NCBI GenBank assembly: GCA_965153355.1
Contig: OZ231126.1
Location: 49,786,001-49,850,000 of the forward strand
DNA length: 64,000 nt
Origin: Flaccisagitta enflata
Taxonomy: Eukaryota
Direction: 5' to 3'
The translations under genes were made by a program, and so were the position numbers. Position 1 is the stretch's first letter; each line of letters opens with the position of its first letter. The notes beneath the pieces were generated by a model. The model was given only the letters and a program-made list of their open reading frames with translations. It ran no database searches and was not told the DNA's origin. Positions 14,124 through 27,879 of this stretch are shown piece after piece.

Positions 14124-17100
14124 GGCAGTACCCCTGGCCTCCAGTACCCCCTTGTAAAAATAATGGGAAAAAATGGGGATATATCTTGGCAGTACCCTCA
14201 GCAGTACCCCAGTCTTCTCTTTGGGGAATGATCCTGGCAGTAACCCCTTAAATCTGGCAGTACCCCATGTTATAATGGGGAACTATCCTGGCAGTACCTC
14301 CTCAACTTGGCAGTACCCTTTTATATATTAGGGAACGATCCCAGCAGTACCTAGTCTGTTTGGCAGTACCCCTTTAGAATACATGGGGAATCAAACCAGC
14401 AGTACCCTTATAAATCTGGCAGTACCCTCCTCATATTGCATGAACAACCAAAAACAGTCAGTGTACAAAATGATAATGTTCATTAAGTGCATCAATGAAA
14501 ACCTGAATACAAAGTTGGGGAACTATCCCAGCAGTACCCCCTTCAATCTGGCAGTACCCCCTCCAAACTTTAGATTGAAGGCTTAAAATACTGATTAAAA
14601 AGTTGGGGAACTATCCCAGCAGTACCCCCTTCAATCTGGCAGTACCCCATCCAAACTTAGATTGAAGGCTTGAAAAACAGATTAAAAAGTTGGGGAACTA
14701 TCTCAGCAGTACCCCCTTCAATCTGGCAGTACCCCCTTCAAACACGAGATTGAAGGCTTGAAAAACTGATTAAAAAGCTGGGGAACTATCCCAGCAGTAC
14801 CCCCTTCAATCTGGCAGTACCCCTTATCAACATAAGAGTGGAGCTATAAAAACCTGAATACAAAGTTGGGGAACTATCCCAGCAGTACCCCCTTCACTCT
14901 GGCAGTACCCCCTCCAAACTTTAGATTGAAGGCTTGAAAAACTGATTAAAAAGTTGGGAAACCAACCCAGCAGTACCCCCTTCAATCTGGCAGTACCCCA
15001 TCCAAACTTAGATTGAAGGCTTGAAAACTGATTAAAAAGTTGGGGAACTATCTCAGCAGTACCCCCTTCAATCTGGCAGTACCCCCTTCAAACACGAGAT
15101 TGAAGTCTTGAAAAACTGATTAAAAAGCTGGGGAACTATCCCAGCAGTACCCCCTGGAATCTGGCAGTACCCCATATCAACATAAGAGTGGAGCTAAAAA
15201 ATCCTGAATACAAAGTTGGGGAACTATCCCAGCAGTACCCCCTTCAATCTGGCAGTACCCCCTTCAAATGTAAGAGTTTAGGCACATAAAGCTGATTAAT
15301 ATGTTGGGGAACTATCCCAGCAGTACCCCCTTCAATCTGGCAGTACCCCCTTAAAACATTTGCTTGAAGGTATAAAAACCTGATTACAAATTTGGGGAAC
15401 TATCCTAGCAGTACCCCCTTCAATCTGGCAGTACCCCCTTCTAATGTAAGAGTTGAGGCATATAAAGCTGGTTAATATGTTGGGGAAATATCCCAGCAGT
15501 ACCCCCTTCAATCTGGCAGTACCCCTTATCAATATAAGAAGAGAGCTATAAAAACTTGAATACAAAGTTGGGGAACTATCCCAGCAGTACCCCCTTCAAT
15601 CTGGCACCCCCTCCAAACTTTAGATTGAAGGCTTGAAAAACTGAATAAAAAGTTGGGGAACTATCCCAGCAGTACCCCCTTCAATCTGGCAGTACCCCCT
15701 TCAAACATGAGATTGAAGTATTGAAAAACTGATTAAAGAGCTGGGGAACTATCCCAGCAGTACCCCCTTCACTCTGGCAGTACCCCTTGTCAACATAAGA
15801 GTGGAGCTATAAAAACCTGAATACAAAGTTGGGGAACTATCCCAGCAGTACCCCCTTCAATCTGGCAGTACCCCCTCCAAACTTTAGATTGAAGGCTTAA
15901 GATACTGATTAAAAAGTTGGGGAACTATCCCAGCAGTACCCCCTTCAATCTGGCAGTACCCCATCCAAACTTAGATTGAAGGCTTGAAAAACTGATTAAA
16001 AAGTTGGGGAACTATCTCAGCAGTACCCCCTTCAATCTGGCAGTACCCCCTTCAAACACGAGATTGAAGCATTGAAAAACTGATTAAAAAGCTGGGGAAC
16101 TATCCAGTACCCCCTTCACTCTGCCAGGCAATTTCTGTCAACATAAGAGGAGCTATAAATCCTGAATATGTTGGGGAAATATCCCAGCAGTACCCCCTTA
16201 AATCTGGCAGTACCCCATCCAAACTTAGATTGAAGGCTTGAAAACTGATTAAAAAGTTGTGAACCACTTTAAAGTACCCCTTCCAATCTAAGGTACCTTC
16301 AAACACGAGATTGAAGTCTTGAAACTGATTAAAAAAGCTGGGGAACTCTCCCAGCAGTACCCTGAATCTGGCAGCACCTCTATATCAACATAAGTGAGTG
16401 GAGGCTAAAAATCCTGAATACAAAGTTGGGGAACTATCACAGCAGTACCTCTTCAATCTGGCAGCAGTACCCCTTCAAATGTAAGAGTTTAGGCACATGT
16501 GTTGCATAATATGTTGGGGAACTATCCCAGTAGTATTCCCTTCAATCTGGCAGTACCTTCTTAAAACATTTGCTTGAAGGTATAAAACCTGATTACAATA
16601 TGTTGGGGAACTATCCTAGCAGTACCCCTTCAATCTGGCAGTAGTACCTCCTTCTAATGTAAGAGTTGAGGCATATAAAGCTGGTTAATATGTTGGGGAA
16701 ATATCCCAGCAGTACCCCCTTAATCTGGCAGTACCCCTTATCAATATAAGAAGAGAGCTATAAAAACTTGAATACAAAGTTGGGGAACTATCCTAGCAGT
16801 ACCCCCTTCAATCTGGCAGTACCCCTCCAATCTTTCTTTATCAGTTTATAAAATTGAATGCAAGTTGGGAACTAACCAGCAGTACTCCCCTTCAATCTGG
16901 CAAAATTCCTTCAAACATGAGATTGAAGTATTGAAAAACTGATTAAAAAGTTGGGGAACTATCCCAGCAGTACCCCCTTCAATCTGGCAGTACCCCTTAT
17001 CAACATAAGAGTGGAGCTATAAAAACCTGAATACAAAGTTGGGGAACTATCCCAGCAGTCCCCCCTTCAATCTGGCAGTACCCCCTTCAAACACGAATTA

Positions 17101-20100
17101 GTTAGTTTGAAAACTGATTAAAAAGCTGGGGAACCATCTCAGCAGCACCCTTCAATCTGGCAGTACCCTTATCAACATAAGAGTGGAGCCATAAAACCTG
17201 AATACAAAGTTGGGGAACCATCCCAGCAGTACCCCCTTCAATCTGGCAGTACCTCCAAACTTTAGGGATTGAAGGCTTAAAATACTGGAATTATGTTGTG
17301 GAACTATCCCAGCAGTACCCCTTCAATTCAAGTAGTACCCCATCCAAACTTAGATTGAAGGCTTGAAAAAACTGATTAAAAAGTTGGGGAACTATCTCAG
17401 CAGTACCCCTTCAATCTGGCAGTACCCCTTTCAAACATGAGATTGAAGAATTGAAAACTGATTAAAAGCTGGGAACTATCCCAGCAGTACTCTTCTGCTC
17501 TGCCAGTACCCCTCGTCAACATAAGAGTGGAGCTATAAAAACCTGAATACAAAGTTGGGGAACTATCCCAGCAGTACTCCCTTCAATCTGGCAGTACCCC
17601 CTCCAAGCACAAGATTGAAGGCTTGAAAAACTGATTAAAAAGCTGGGGAACTATCCCAGCAGTACCCCTTCACTCTGGCAGTACCCCTTGTCAAATATAA
17701 GAGGGAGCTATAAAACCTGGAGAATACAAAGTTAGAACTATCCAGCACCCCCTTCAATCTGGCAGTCTCCCATCCAAACTTAGATTGAAGGCTTGAAACT
17801 GATTAAAAAGTTAGAACTATCGCAGTACCCCCTTCAATCTGGCAGTACCCCTTCAAACACTAGATTGAAGTTGCTTGAAAACTGATTAAAAAGCTGGGGA
17901 ACTATCCCAGCAGTACCCCCTGGAATCTGGCAGTACCCCATATCAACATTAAAGTGGAGCTAAAAAATCCTGAATATAAAGTTGGGGAACTATCCAAGCA
18001 GTACCCCCTTCAATCTGGCAGTACCCCCTTCAAATTTAAGAGTTTAGGCATATAAAGCTGATTAATATGTTGGGGAACTATCCCAGCAGTACCCCCTTCA
18101 CTCTGGCAGTACCCCTTGTCAACATAAGAGTGGAGGTATAAAAACCTAAATACAAAGTTAGGGAACTATCCCAGCAGTACCCCCTTCAATCTGGCAGTAC
18201 CCCCTTCAAACATGAGATTGAAGTCTTGAAAAACTGATTAAAAAGCTGGGGAACTATCCCAGCAGTACCCCCTCGAATCTGGCAGTACCCCTTATCAACA
18301 TAAGAGTGGAGCTATAAAAACCTGAATACAAAGTTGGGGAACTATCCCAGCAGTACCCCCTTCAATCTGGCAGTACCCCCATCAAACACGAGATTGAAGG
18401 CTTGAAAAACTGATTAAAAAGCTGGGGAACTATCCCAGCAGTACCCCCTTCAATCTGGCAGTACCCCTTATCAACATAAGAGTGGAGCTATAAAAACCTG
18501 AATACAAAGTTGGGGATCTATCCCAGCAGTACCCCCTTCAATCTGGCAGTACCCCCTCCAAACTTTAGATTGAAGGCTTAAAATACTGATTAAAAAGTTG
18601 GGGAACTATCCCAGCAGTACCCCCTTCAATCTGGCAGTACCCCATCCAAACTTAGATTGAAGGCTTGAAAAACTGATTAAAAAGTTGGGGAACTATCTCA
18701 GCAGTACCCCCTTCAATCTGGCAGTACCCCCTTCAAACATGAGATTGAAGAATTGAAAAACTGATTAAAAAGCTGGGGAACTATCCCAGCAGTACCCCCT
18801 TCACTCTGCCAGTACCCCTTGTCAACATAAGAGTGGAGCTATAAAAACCTGAATACAAAGTTGGGGAACTATCCCCTTCAATCTGGCAGTACCTCCTTCA
18901 AACACGAGATTGAAGGCTTGAAAAACTGATTAAAAAGCTGGGGAACTATCCCAGCAGTACCCCCTTCACTCTGCCAGTACCCCTTGTCAACATAAGAGTG
19001 GAGCTATAAAAACCTGAATACAAAGTTGGGGAACTATCCCAGCAGTACCCCCTTCAATCTGGCAGTACCCCATCCAAACTTAGATTGAAGGCTTGAAAAA
19101 CTGATTAAAAAGTTGGGGAACTATCTCAGCAGTACCCCCTTCAATCTGGCAGTACCCCCTTCAAACACGAGATTGAAGTCTTGAAAAACTGATTAAAAAG
19201 CTGGGGAACTATCCCAGCAGTACCCCCTGGAATCTGGCAGTACCCCATATCAACATAAGAGTGGAGCTAAAAAATCCTGAATACAAAGTTGGGGAACTAT
19301 CCCAGCAGTACCCCCTTCAATCTGGCAGTACCCCCTTTAAATGTAAGAGTTTAGGCACATAAAGCTGATTAATATGTTGGGGAACTATCCCAGCAGTACC
19401 CCCTTCAATCTGGCAGTACCCCCTTAAAACATTTGCTTGAAGGTATAAAAACCTAATTACAAATTTGGGGAACTATCCTGAAGAAAATTTTCTTGATCTG
19501 GCTGCACTCTCTTTCTAATGTAAGAGTTGGAGGCATATAAAGCTGGTTAATATGTTGGGAAATATCCCAGCAGTACCCCCTTCAATCTGGCAGTACCCCT
19601 TATCAATATAAGAAGAGAGCTATAAAAACTTGAATACAAAGTTGGGGAACTATCCCAGCAGTACCCCCTTCAATCTGGCAGTACCCCCTCCAAACTTTAG
19701 ATTGAAGGCTTGAAAAACTGAATAAAAAGTTGGGGAACTATCCCAGCAGTACCCCCTTCAATCTGGCAGTACCCCCTTCAAACACGAGATTGAAGTATTG
19801 AAAAACTGATTAAAAAGCTGGGGAACTATCCCAGCAGTACCCCCTTCAATCTGGCAGTACCCCTTGTCAACATAAGAGTGGAGCTATAAAAACCTGAATA
19901 CAAAGTTGGGGAACTATCCCAGCAGTACCCCCTTCAATCTGGCAGTACCCCTTATCAACATAAGAGTGGAGCTATAAAAACCTGAATACAAAGTTGGGGA
20001 ACTATCCCAGCAGTACCCCCTTCAATCTGGCAGTACCCCCTCCAAACTTTAGATTGAAGGCTTGAAAAACTGATTAAAAAGTTGGGGAAACTATCCCAGC

Positions 20101-20930
20101 AGTACCCCCTTCAATCTGGCAGTACCCCATCTAAACTTAGATTGAAGGCTTGAAAAACTGATTAAAAAGTTGGGGAACTATCTCAGCAGTACTCCCTTCA
20201 ATCTGGCAGTACCCCCTTCAAACACGAGATTGAAGTCTTGAAAAACTGATTAAAAAGCTGGGGAACTATCCCAGCAGTACCCCCTTCAATCTGGCAGTAC
20301 CCCCTTCAAACACGAGATTGAAGTCTTGAAAAACTGATTAAAAAGTTGGGGAACTATCCCAGCAGTACCCCCTTCAATCTGGCAGTACCCCCTTCAAATG
20401 TAAGAGTTTAGGCACATAAAGCTAATTAATATGTTGGGGAACTATCCCAGCAGTACCCTTCTAATTCATAGCACTTCTGTAAAGCATTTGCTTGAAGGTA
20501 AAACCTGATTACAAATTTGGGGAACTATCCTAAGCAGTAATTTCTTCAATCTGGCAGTACCCTCTTCTAATAAAAGAGTTGAGGCATATAAAGCTAGTTA
20601 ATATGTTGGGGAACTATCCCAGCAGTACCCCCTTCAATCTGGCAGTACCCCTTATCAATATAAGAAGAGAGCCATAAAAACCTGAATACAAAGTTGGGGA
20701 ACTATCCCAGCAGTACCCCCTTCAATCTGGCAGTACCCCCTCCAAACTTTAGATTGAAGGCTTGAAAAACTGAATAAAAAGTTGGGGAACTATCCCAGCA
20801 GTACCCCCTTCAATCTGGCAGTACCCCTTATCAACATAAGAGTGGAGCTATAAATCCTGAATACAAAGGGGGAACTATCCCAGCAGTACCCCCTTCAATC
20901 TGGCAGCACTTCCAAAACTTGTAGATTGAT
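14124..20930 (+). repeat. 87-88 bp satellite array (~73 units from 14514) with higher-order structure
   Basis: Constant core GTTGGGGAACTATCCCAGCAGTACCCCCTTCAATCTGGCAGTACCCC plus a ~40-bp variable part; unit starts at 14514, 14602, 14689, 14777; degenerate lead-in from 14124. Confidence 0.97.
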
Positions 20931-21105
20931 CCGACAGAGTTGGGAGAACTTGGTGGTCGTGGACTGCTGGAATCGAGCAGTCACACTCCCCATGGTGCCG
21001 GCACCTGCCATCATGCGGGTCAAAACCGCGCCTACCTACGAATTGGACAGACAAAGGAATAGGTGAAGAAAAAGAGAGAGAGACAGACTTTCACTTTTCA
21101 TCTTC

Positions 21106-21169
<64 letters not shown>

Positions 21170-21635
21170 ATACACACACATACACACACACACACACACC
21201 TACTTCATTTTCCTTTCTGCTCACTGGCAAGATTCTCTCTTAGTCAGTTTGTTTATCCTTGTTTCTCGAAAAAGTGAAGAAACCTATCATCAATTATTGA
21301 CTGTTTCAAAAAGGAAAATGTTCTGAGCATATCATCTATTCATTCATTTATTCATTCATTCATTCATTCATTCATTCAGGCTGCCCATTTCATTAATTCT
21401 TTCATTCACTTTCATTTACCATTCATTCACCTACCACCTGTCAGCTCAAGGGAAGACTGAAAGGGAACCAAATTTCAAAAAACATTACATCTGCTGTATA
21501 ATGTAGAAACGAACGGAAAATGGTATGACGGCAACAACATTTAGCAGTGACGATGAGATCAAACTCAAAACAAAGACATTTGAGGAAAATCAACTTGATA
21601 ACCAAATGGTTTTAGCTAATGGTCGATGATTCTAG

Positions 21636-22182
21636 AACTGATTAAAACTGACAAAAGTTGGGAAACTATCCCAGCAGTACCCCCTTCAATTCCAGGGGCA
21701 GCAGCACCATCCAAACCTAGAGACTGAAGGCTGGAAAACTGACAAAAGTTAGAACTATTCAGCAGTCCCCTTCAATCTGGCAGTACCTCTCCAAACTTTG
21801 TGAATGGAAGTCTTGAGAAACTGATTAAAAGTTGGGAAACTATCCCAGTACCCCCTTAAATCTGGCAGTACCCCATCCAAACTTAGATTAGAGGCTTGAA
21901 AAACTGATTAAAAAGTTGGGGAGCTATCTCAGCAGTACCCCCTTCAATCTGGCAGTACCCCCTTCAAACACGAGATTGAAGTCTTGAAAAACTGATTAAA
22001 AAGCTGGGGAACTATCCCAGCAGTACCCCCTTCAATCTGGCAGTACCCCTTATCAACATAAGAGTGGAGCTATAAAAACCTGATTACAAAGTTGGGGAAC
22101 TATTCCAGCAGTACCCTCTTCAATCTGGCAGTACCCCCTTCAAATGTAAGAGTTTAGGCACATAAAGCTGATTAATATGTTG
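21636..22182 (+). repeat. Second block of the 88-bp satellite (~6 units)
   Basis: Same core and variable types, after a ~700-bp interruption. Confidence 0.95.
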
Positions 22183-22794
22183 TTATAATTTGTTTATCAA
22201 ATAACAGCATTGTAATGATACTTGGCATGGTAGCAGTATTGTAAAGACAAATGTTCTAATAAGGCATTCATACCTGCTCTCTTCACCCCAAAACCATAAA
22301 AATCAACACCACTTCATTTAAAAGCAAACACTCAGAAACATTCAACGCAATGAGACGCCATCTGGTGCAGCCACTACACCGAATCAAACCACTGCTACTG
22401 CCAAAAACTGAGAAAAAAACCAAAAAATGAAAAATCAGCAATTGCGATGACATGATGGAAAAATAATTTCCATTTAACATTGTTTCTCTTTTATTTTCAT
22501 TTCTTTGTGATATTAAGTCCGCGCGGAATTCTGTCCAACATGAGCGGCTGTTATCATTCATTGTGTCTAGACATAGTTTTTAACAATGTGGTAATTATGC
22601 TTTTTAAGATAACTGGGTGCACATGAAAAGGTAGCTCTGTATAAAAATAATAAAAAAAATATCTTTTTGGCATATTTTGTGATTTTTTAAGATGAGATTT
22701 AAGAGACCATATGTTTTTTGTACAGGTTAAATGGCATTAACGAGAACAAGAACATCAATTACGGGTTCACATACATATATATAATTCCATTTAG

Positions 22795-23917
22795 TGCGTT
22801 AGATGGTCAGTATACCATTGGTTCCTAAGTGAGGTGAAGAGGTGTGAGATGGTGAGAGGGGCAGGTGGCTCAAGGAGCCGATGACCTAGTGCGAGCTTTT
22901 TATTTGAGCCTGGAGGCTGGAATTGGGGCCTTGAAGCTGGGACGGAGCAGAGGCAGGGATTGGGCCAGGCTGAGATTTGAGCCGAGATCACGTGAGCCCC
23001 AAGGCGGGACATGGGGCTTCTGAGGCTGGGATAAGGGCCTGAGGCTGATATGGGCCTTGAGGCTGGGATATGGGCCTTGAGGCTGGGATATGGGCCTTGA
23101 GGCTGGGATTTGGGCCTTGAGGCTGGGATTTGGGCCTCAATCTGAGATTTGGGCAACAAGGCTTGGATTTGGGTTTCGAGGCTAGGATTTGGGTCTCAAG
23201 GCTGAAAGCGGGGCACGGGAAAAGGATGAGAAATCTCCTCCCCGTGAAAGACAGGGGTCATCCGCTTCTTCGGGGCCGCTGCCCAAAATAGGAGGATTGA
23301 AAAGCGTTAGATGGTCAGCTGTACCTGCTAGTTCTTATGGAGTGTATGGGTGTAAGGTGGTTAGAGGGGCAGTGGCCCCACAGTCGAGTAACCTGCAAGC
23401 AGCATTACCATGATGGAATTAGGACCCGAGGCGAATCAGCCTAAGGCTGGGATAGGGCCTTGAGGCTGGGATTTGAGCTTCGAGGCTGTGATTTCAGCTT
23501 CAAGGCTGAGATTTGAGCTTTGAGGCTGGGACGGAGCCTTGAGGCTGGGATTTGAGCTTTGAGGCTGGGATTGAGCTTGGGGAGTGGATTTGAGCTTCAA
23601 GCTGGGATTTGAGCTCCGAGGCTAGGATTGACTCCCTTACACAGGATTTGTACCCTTGAGACTGAGATTTGGGCTTCATGGCTGGGATATGAGCCTCGAG
23701 GCTGGGATTTTAGCCTGGAGACTGAGATTTAAGCCTCAAGGCTGGGATCTGAGCTTCAAATTTGGGATTTGAGCCTCAAAGCTAGGATTTGGGTCTTGAG
23801 ACTAGGATTTGGGCCTTGAGGGGGGGGGACGTAGGAGAAGGAGAAGAAGGAGAAGGAGAAATTTCCCCTATGTGTGAAAGCATAGGTCATCGGCCCCTTC
23901 GGGGCCGCTGCCCAAAA
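22795..23917 (-). mobile_element. Two tandem copies of the same minisatellite-bearing family
   Basis: Each runs from GCGTTAGATGGTCAG (22796, 23304) through GAGGCTGGGATTTGGGCCTT repeats to TTCGGGGCCGCTGCCCAAAA. Confidence 0.7.
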
Positions 23918-23989
23918 AGGAAGTCTAAAATTTCGGATATTTTGGCATACCCATAGACCATAGGCAATCATAGGTTTCTTTAAGAAATG

Positions 23990-24515
23990 GTATCTCCCTT
24001 TCTGTTTCCAAATGATATAAGAGGAGTTAGAGAGAGTGCTATGATGGGTATGGATTTGGGGCCCCATACTTATCAAGCTCTTTCTTTCACTTTCCTTATA
24101 TCATTTTTTCACAGAATTGTGGGACATCTCAGTTTGTTTAATAGATTTGATTTTAAAGAATTAAGTAAAGGATAATGTTGTTCTTCATGGCATATTATTA
24201 TGTCCTCTCACTTTTTCTTTCTTTTTTTTGTGAAAAAGGGAACTGCTGTGATGTCTATAGGTTTGGTGGCTACATAGTAATGAGGCTCACGTTGTCTTGT
24301 TTTTTTTCACTTATGAACTTTGGACAGAGAGGATGACTTTGATATTGAAAAAGTCAATACAAAACTATATTTTTCAGAAAAAGGTTGTTTCTGTATTACT
24401 GTTTCCAAATGGCATAAGAAGAGTAAAAGAAATTGCTATGATGGGTATGGGTTTGGGGCTCCATACTTATCAAGCTCTTTCTTTCACTTTCCTTATATCA
24501 TTTTTTAACAGAAAT
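23990..24515 (+). repeat. Diverged ~130-bp direct repeat pair, spacing ~397 bp
   Basis: CCATACTTATCAAGCTCTTTCTTTCACTTTCCTTATATCATTTTTT at ~24064 and ~24460. Confidence 0.85.
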
Positions 24516-24751
24516 ATTTTTTCAACCTGACACATTTTAAATGTAGAAATTAATTGAAATTGTTTTGACAGGTGTGGGTCTGGTGGCCCCATGCAGCACT
24601 GTAGATTATGGAGTAGCAAGTAGCGCCGCTACTCGGCAAGACAGAGGGCGTGTCGGCAGCTATCGGCAGATGGAGAAAAAAAAGAGGAGAGAAAAAAAAG
24701 TAAACAAAGGGGAAGAAGAAAAAAAGAACAAAGAAAAAGAAAAAGAAGGAA

Positions 24752-24840
<89 letters not shown>

Positions 24841-25119
24841 GAGAAGATTTTATAACCAGAGAAATAGAATAGGATTTCAAGAAATAGAATTCTTCTTCTT
24901 CTTCTTCTTCTTCTTCTTCTTCTTCTTCTTCTTCTTCTTCTTTCATTTGCTTTTCTCTTTTGTTGCTGTTCTCATTTTGATTTTGAAAGTTGCTTTTCTT
25001 CCCCGTATCACTTCCACGTGTTTTGTTATGGAGGGTGGGGGAGGGGTTGTTAACAATCAGACATGCAAAGCATACAATCGGGCATCCAGACGCTAGGGGG
25101 CAACAAGTCTTGCACAACT

Positions 25120-25212
<93 letters not shown>

Positions 25213-25271
25213 CTCATCAGACAGTGTCACTGTTCTTCCTGATCTCGCAATATCGTGTTTCGTTGCTGTCA

Positions 25272-25417
25272 TCAGCGCCAGTTTCAGACCTCTGCGGTCG
25301 TCAGTGCCAGTTTCGACCTTCCGCCGCCGTCAGCGCCAGTGTCGTACTTTTGCCGCCATCAGCGCCAGTTTCGACCTTCCGCCGCCACCGTCAGCGTCAG
25401 TGTAGAGCTGCCGCCGG
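25272..25417 (+). repeat. ~29-bp GC-rich minisatellite (TCAGCGCCAGTTTCGACCTTCCGCCGCCG)
   Basis: About 5 imperfect tandem units. Confidence 0.8.
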
Positions 25418-25501
25418 ATGTTGTTGTTGTTGTAGTTGTTGTTGTTGATGTTGTGGTTGTGGTTGTGGTTGTGGTTGTGGTTGTGGTTGTGGTGGTGGTG
25501 G

Positions 25502-25554
<53 letters not shown>

Positions 25555-25613
25555 ATTGTTGTTTACATTATTGTTGTGTTGTTCTGTTCTTGTCCTTTCG
25601 TTTAAGCGTCTAG

Positions 25614-25831
25614 CAGCTTTATCGATCCATCTTTGACTTGAGACGGCGCAATGTCCAGTTGCCTCCACCGGTTAGCCATGTTTGGATTGAGAAAGGCTCT
25701 TTTTTAGTAGCGGTTATATCCGAGTGTTGACTCGGACAACACATACCATTAAAGACATTCTCACCTCGGAAGAGACTCCAGTGGACGGCAGGTGAGTGTC
25801 ATTGCTCTTGTTACTTCTGTTTTCGTCGCCG

Positions 25832-25875
<44 letters not shown>

Positions 25876-25910
25876 GATTTTATTGTTTTTGTTGTTGTTG
25901 TTCTCGTTGC

Positions 25911-25983
<73 letters not shown>

Positions 25984-26031
25984 GCTGTCGTTGTTGTTTT
26001 TGCCGTTGTTGTTGTGTTGTTGTTTTTGTTT

Positions 26032-26098
<67 letters not shown>

Positions 26099-26164
26099 CG
26101 CATTTGTAATTTTCTTCCTCTTCGCCAGCGTCAGATTCTCGCTTTTTGATTCACGGATGTTGTG
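25614..26164 (+). CDS. Candidate 3' exons of an unidentified gene
   Basis: QLYRSIFDLRRRNVQLPPPVSHVWIEKG / SSGYIRVLTRTTHTIKDILTSEETPVDG needs +1 T in the run near 25700. A strong donor CAG|GTGAGT at 25791 phase-matches the acceptor at 26129, giving SVRFSLFDSRML*. Confidence 0.4.
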
Positions 26165-26212
26165 ATTGCTGTTGCTGTAATTGTTGTTGTTGTTGTTGTT
26201 AGCTAAGCGTAG

Positions 26213-26287
<75 letters not shown>

Positions 26288-26593
26288 TGACAGACAAAAA
26301 GAGATCATATGGTCGTCTCGCATCCTCATCTGCCAACAGATTGTAAAGAGCGTCTTGATTTCCCGGCCTGAATCTTGGATTTGATATGATTCGTCAATTT
26401 GATCATCAGATCAAGGGATCCTGATATCTTTTCATTATAGGCGAATTTTGCTGTAGCCATTGAGGAACAATTGTTATCAATATTGTAGCGTAAACAACCA
26501 TCAGAATTGTTTTGTTCATTTAGAACTACAACATCAAAGTAACGTGGTACAAACACACACACACAGGCACAAACACACGCACACACAGGCACA

Positions 26594-26661
<68 letters not shown>

Positions 26662-26760
26662 CTTCTTCCTTCTCTCTGGACTCTAAGATCACTTTCTTTC
26701 TTTTCCCTTCTTTTTCTTTCTTTTCATCCTTCCTTTCTCTCTCTTCTTCCTTTCTTTCTT

Positions 26761-26795
<35 letters not shown>

Positions 26796-27649
26796 ATCCT
26801 TCCTTTATAGGAAGTAAGACTTGTCGGCAGATTACAGGGGAAAATTTTTGCTACTCGGCAGGAAAGAATAATCTACACGTCTGGCCCCATGCTTATCAGA
26901 CTGACTTCCCTTAATTTCCACATTTCAGCTTTTGGAAAAGAAATGATAACATTAATATGGTCAAAACTGAGTATGGGGGGAGGTGGGAGTGAGACATCAT
27001 AAATCTGTTTTCTTTTTTTATGTGCACCTTGAATATATGACATCTGTTTTTTTTAATAATCACCCCCATTTCTGTGATATCAATTAGTTTAAAAAATTTG
27101 TCCTGATTATTGTTTGTCTTTTTCTATGTCATTGTTAGTTTCTATAGTATATAAATAATTTAGTATTAATATATTAAAAGAGAATTCATCATGATTGTCT
27201 ACTGAGCCACTCAAAAATAGCCTTAGGCAAATTGATATTTCTAGTGATGGTATTATCAGGAAGATACTTGCCTTATCACCCGTCTGTCTCATGATTGAGC
27301 TTATTAAAATTTTCATTGCTCCAGATATAAGTTTCACAAGAGATTGTTCTTTTTGGCGGTTGCCTCAGCTTAAGAAAGGCCATAAGATGTTGTTTCTTTA
27401 TTCCAATTTAGATAAATATCATTCTTTTTCTATAATATTTTGCAATTGTCTCTATGTTTCTGTAGGTTACCTGGTGCAACTTACGATGAAGACCATACTC
27501 TTGAAAAACAATCAGCTAAAGTCAGGAAAGCGATATTTAAATATTTATGCAGCTGAAACGCGGATTCCTGATAAAGAAGGTACTACTTACATACAGTTTA
27601 ACCCCGCAACAAATGTCAAGGGACCAACTTGTTTTAACCACTATAGGCG

Positions 27650-27877
27650 GATTGAAGGGGTTACTGCTGGGCTAGTTCCCCAACATATTAATCAGCTTGT
27701 TATGCCCCAACTCTTACATTAGAAGGGGGTACTGCCAGATTGAAGGGGGTACTGCTGCAAGAGTTCCCCAACATACTAATCAACTTTTTAAGCTCCAGCT
27801 CTTAGATTGGAAGGGGGTAATGCTAGATTGAAGGGGGTACTGCTGGGATGGTTCCCAAACTTTGTAATCAGGTTTTC
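27650..27877 (-). repeat. Inverted, diverged fragment (~2.5 units) of the 88-bp satellite
   Basis: GAAGGGGGTACTGCCAGATTGAAGGGGGTACTGCTG is the reverse complement of the core. Confidence 0.92.
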
Positions 27878-27879
27878 AT

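Noticed and set aside
14514..22182. CRISPR array
   Set aside because: The variable segments are mutually homologous and reused in ordered blocks, no cas genes are present, and the context is eukaryotic; this is a satellite
26290..26530. Exon, including a DnaJ-like YNLLADEDARRPYD reading
   Set aside because: Several frames on both strands look equally plausible, and there is no HPD motif or consistent splice partner
27195..27722. 175-aa ORF
   Set aside because: Runs through a MITE end into inverted satellite; no recognisable motif
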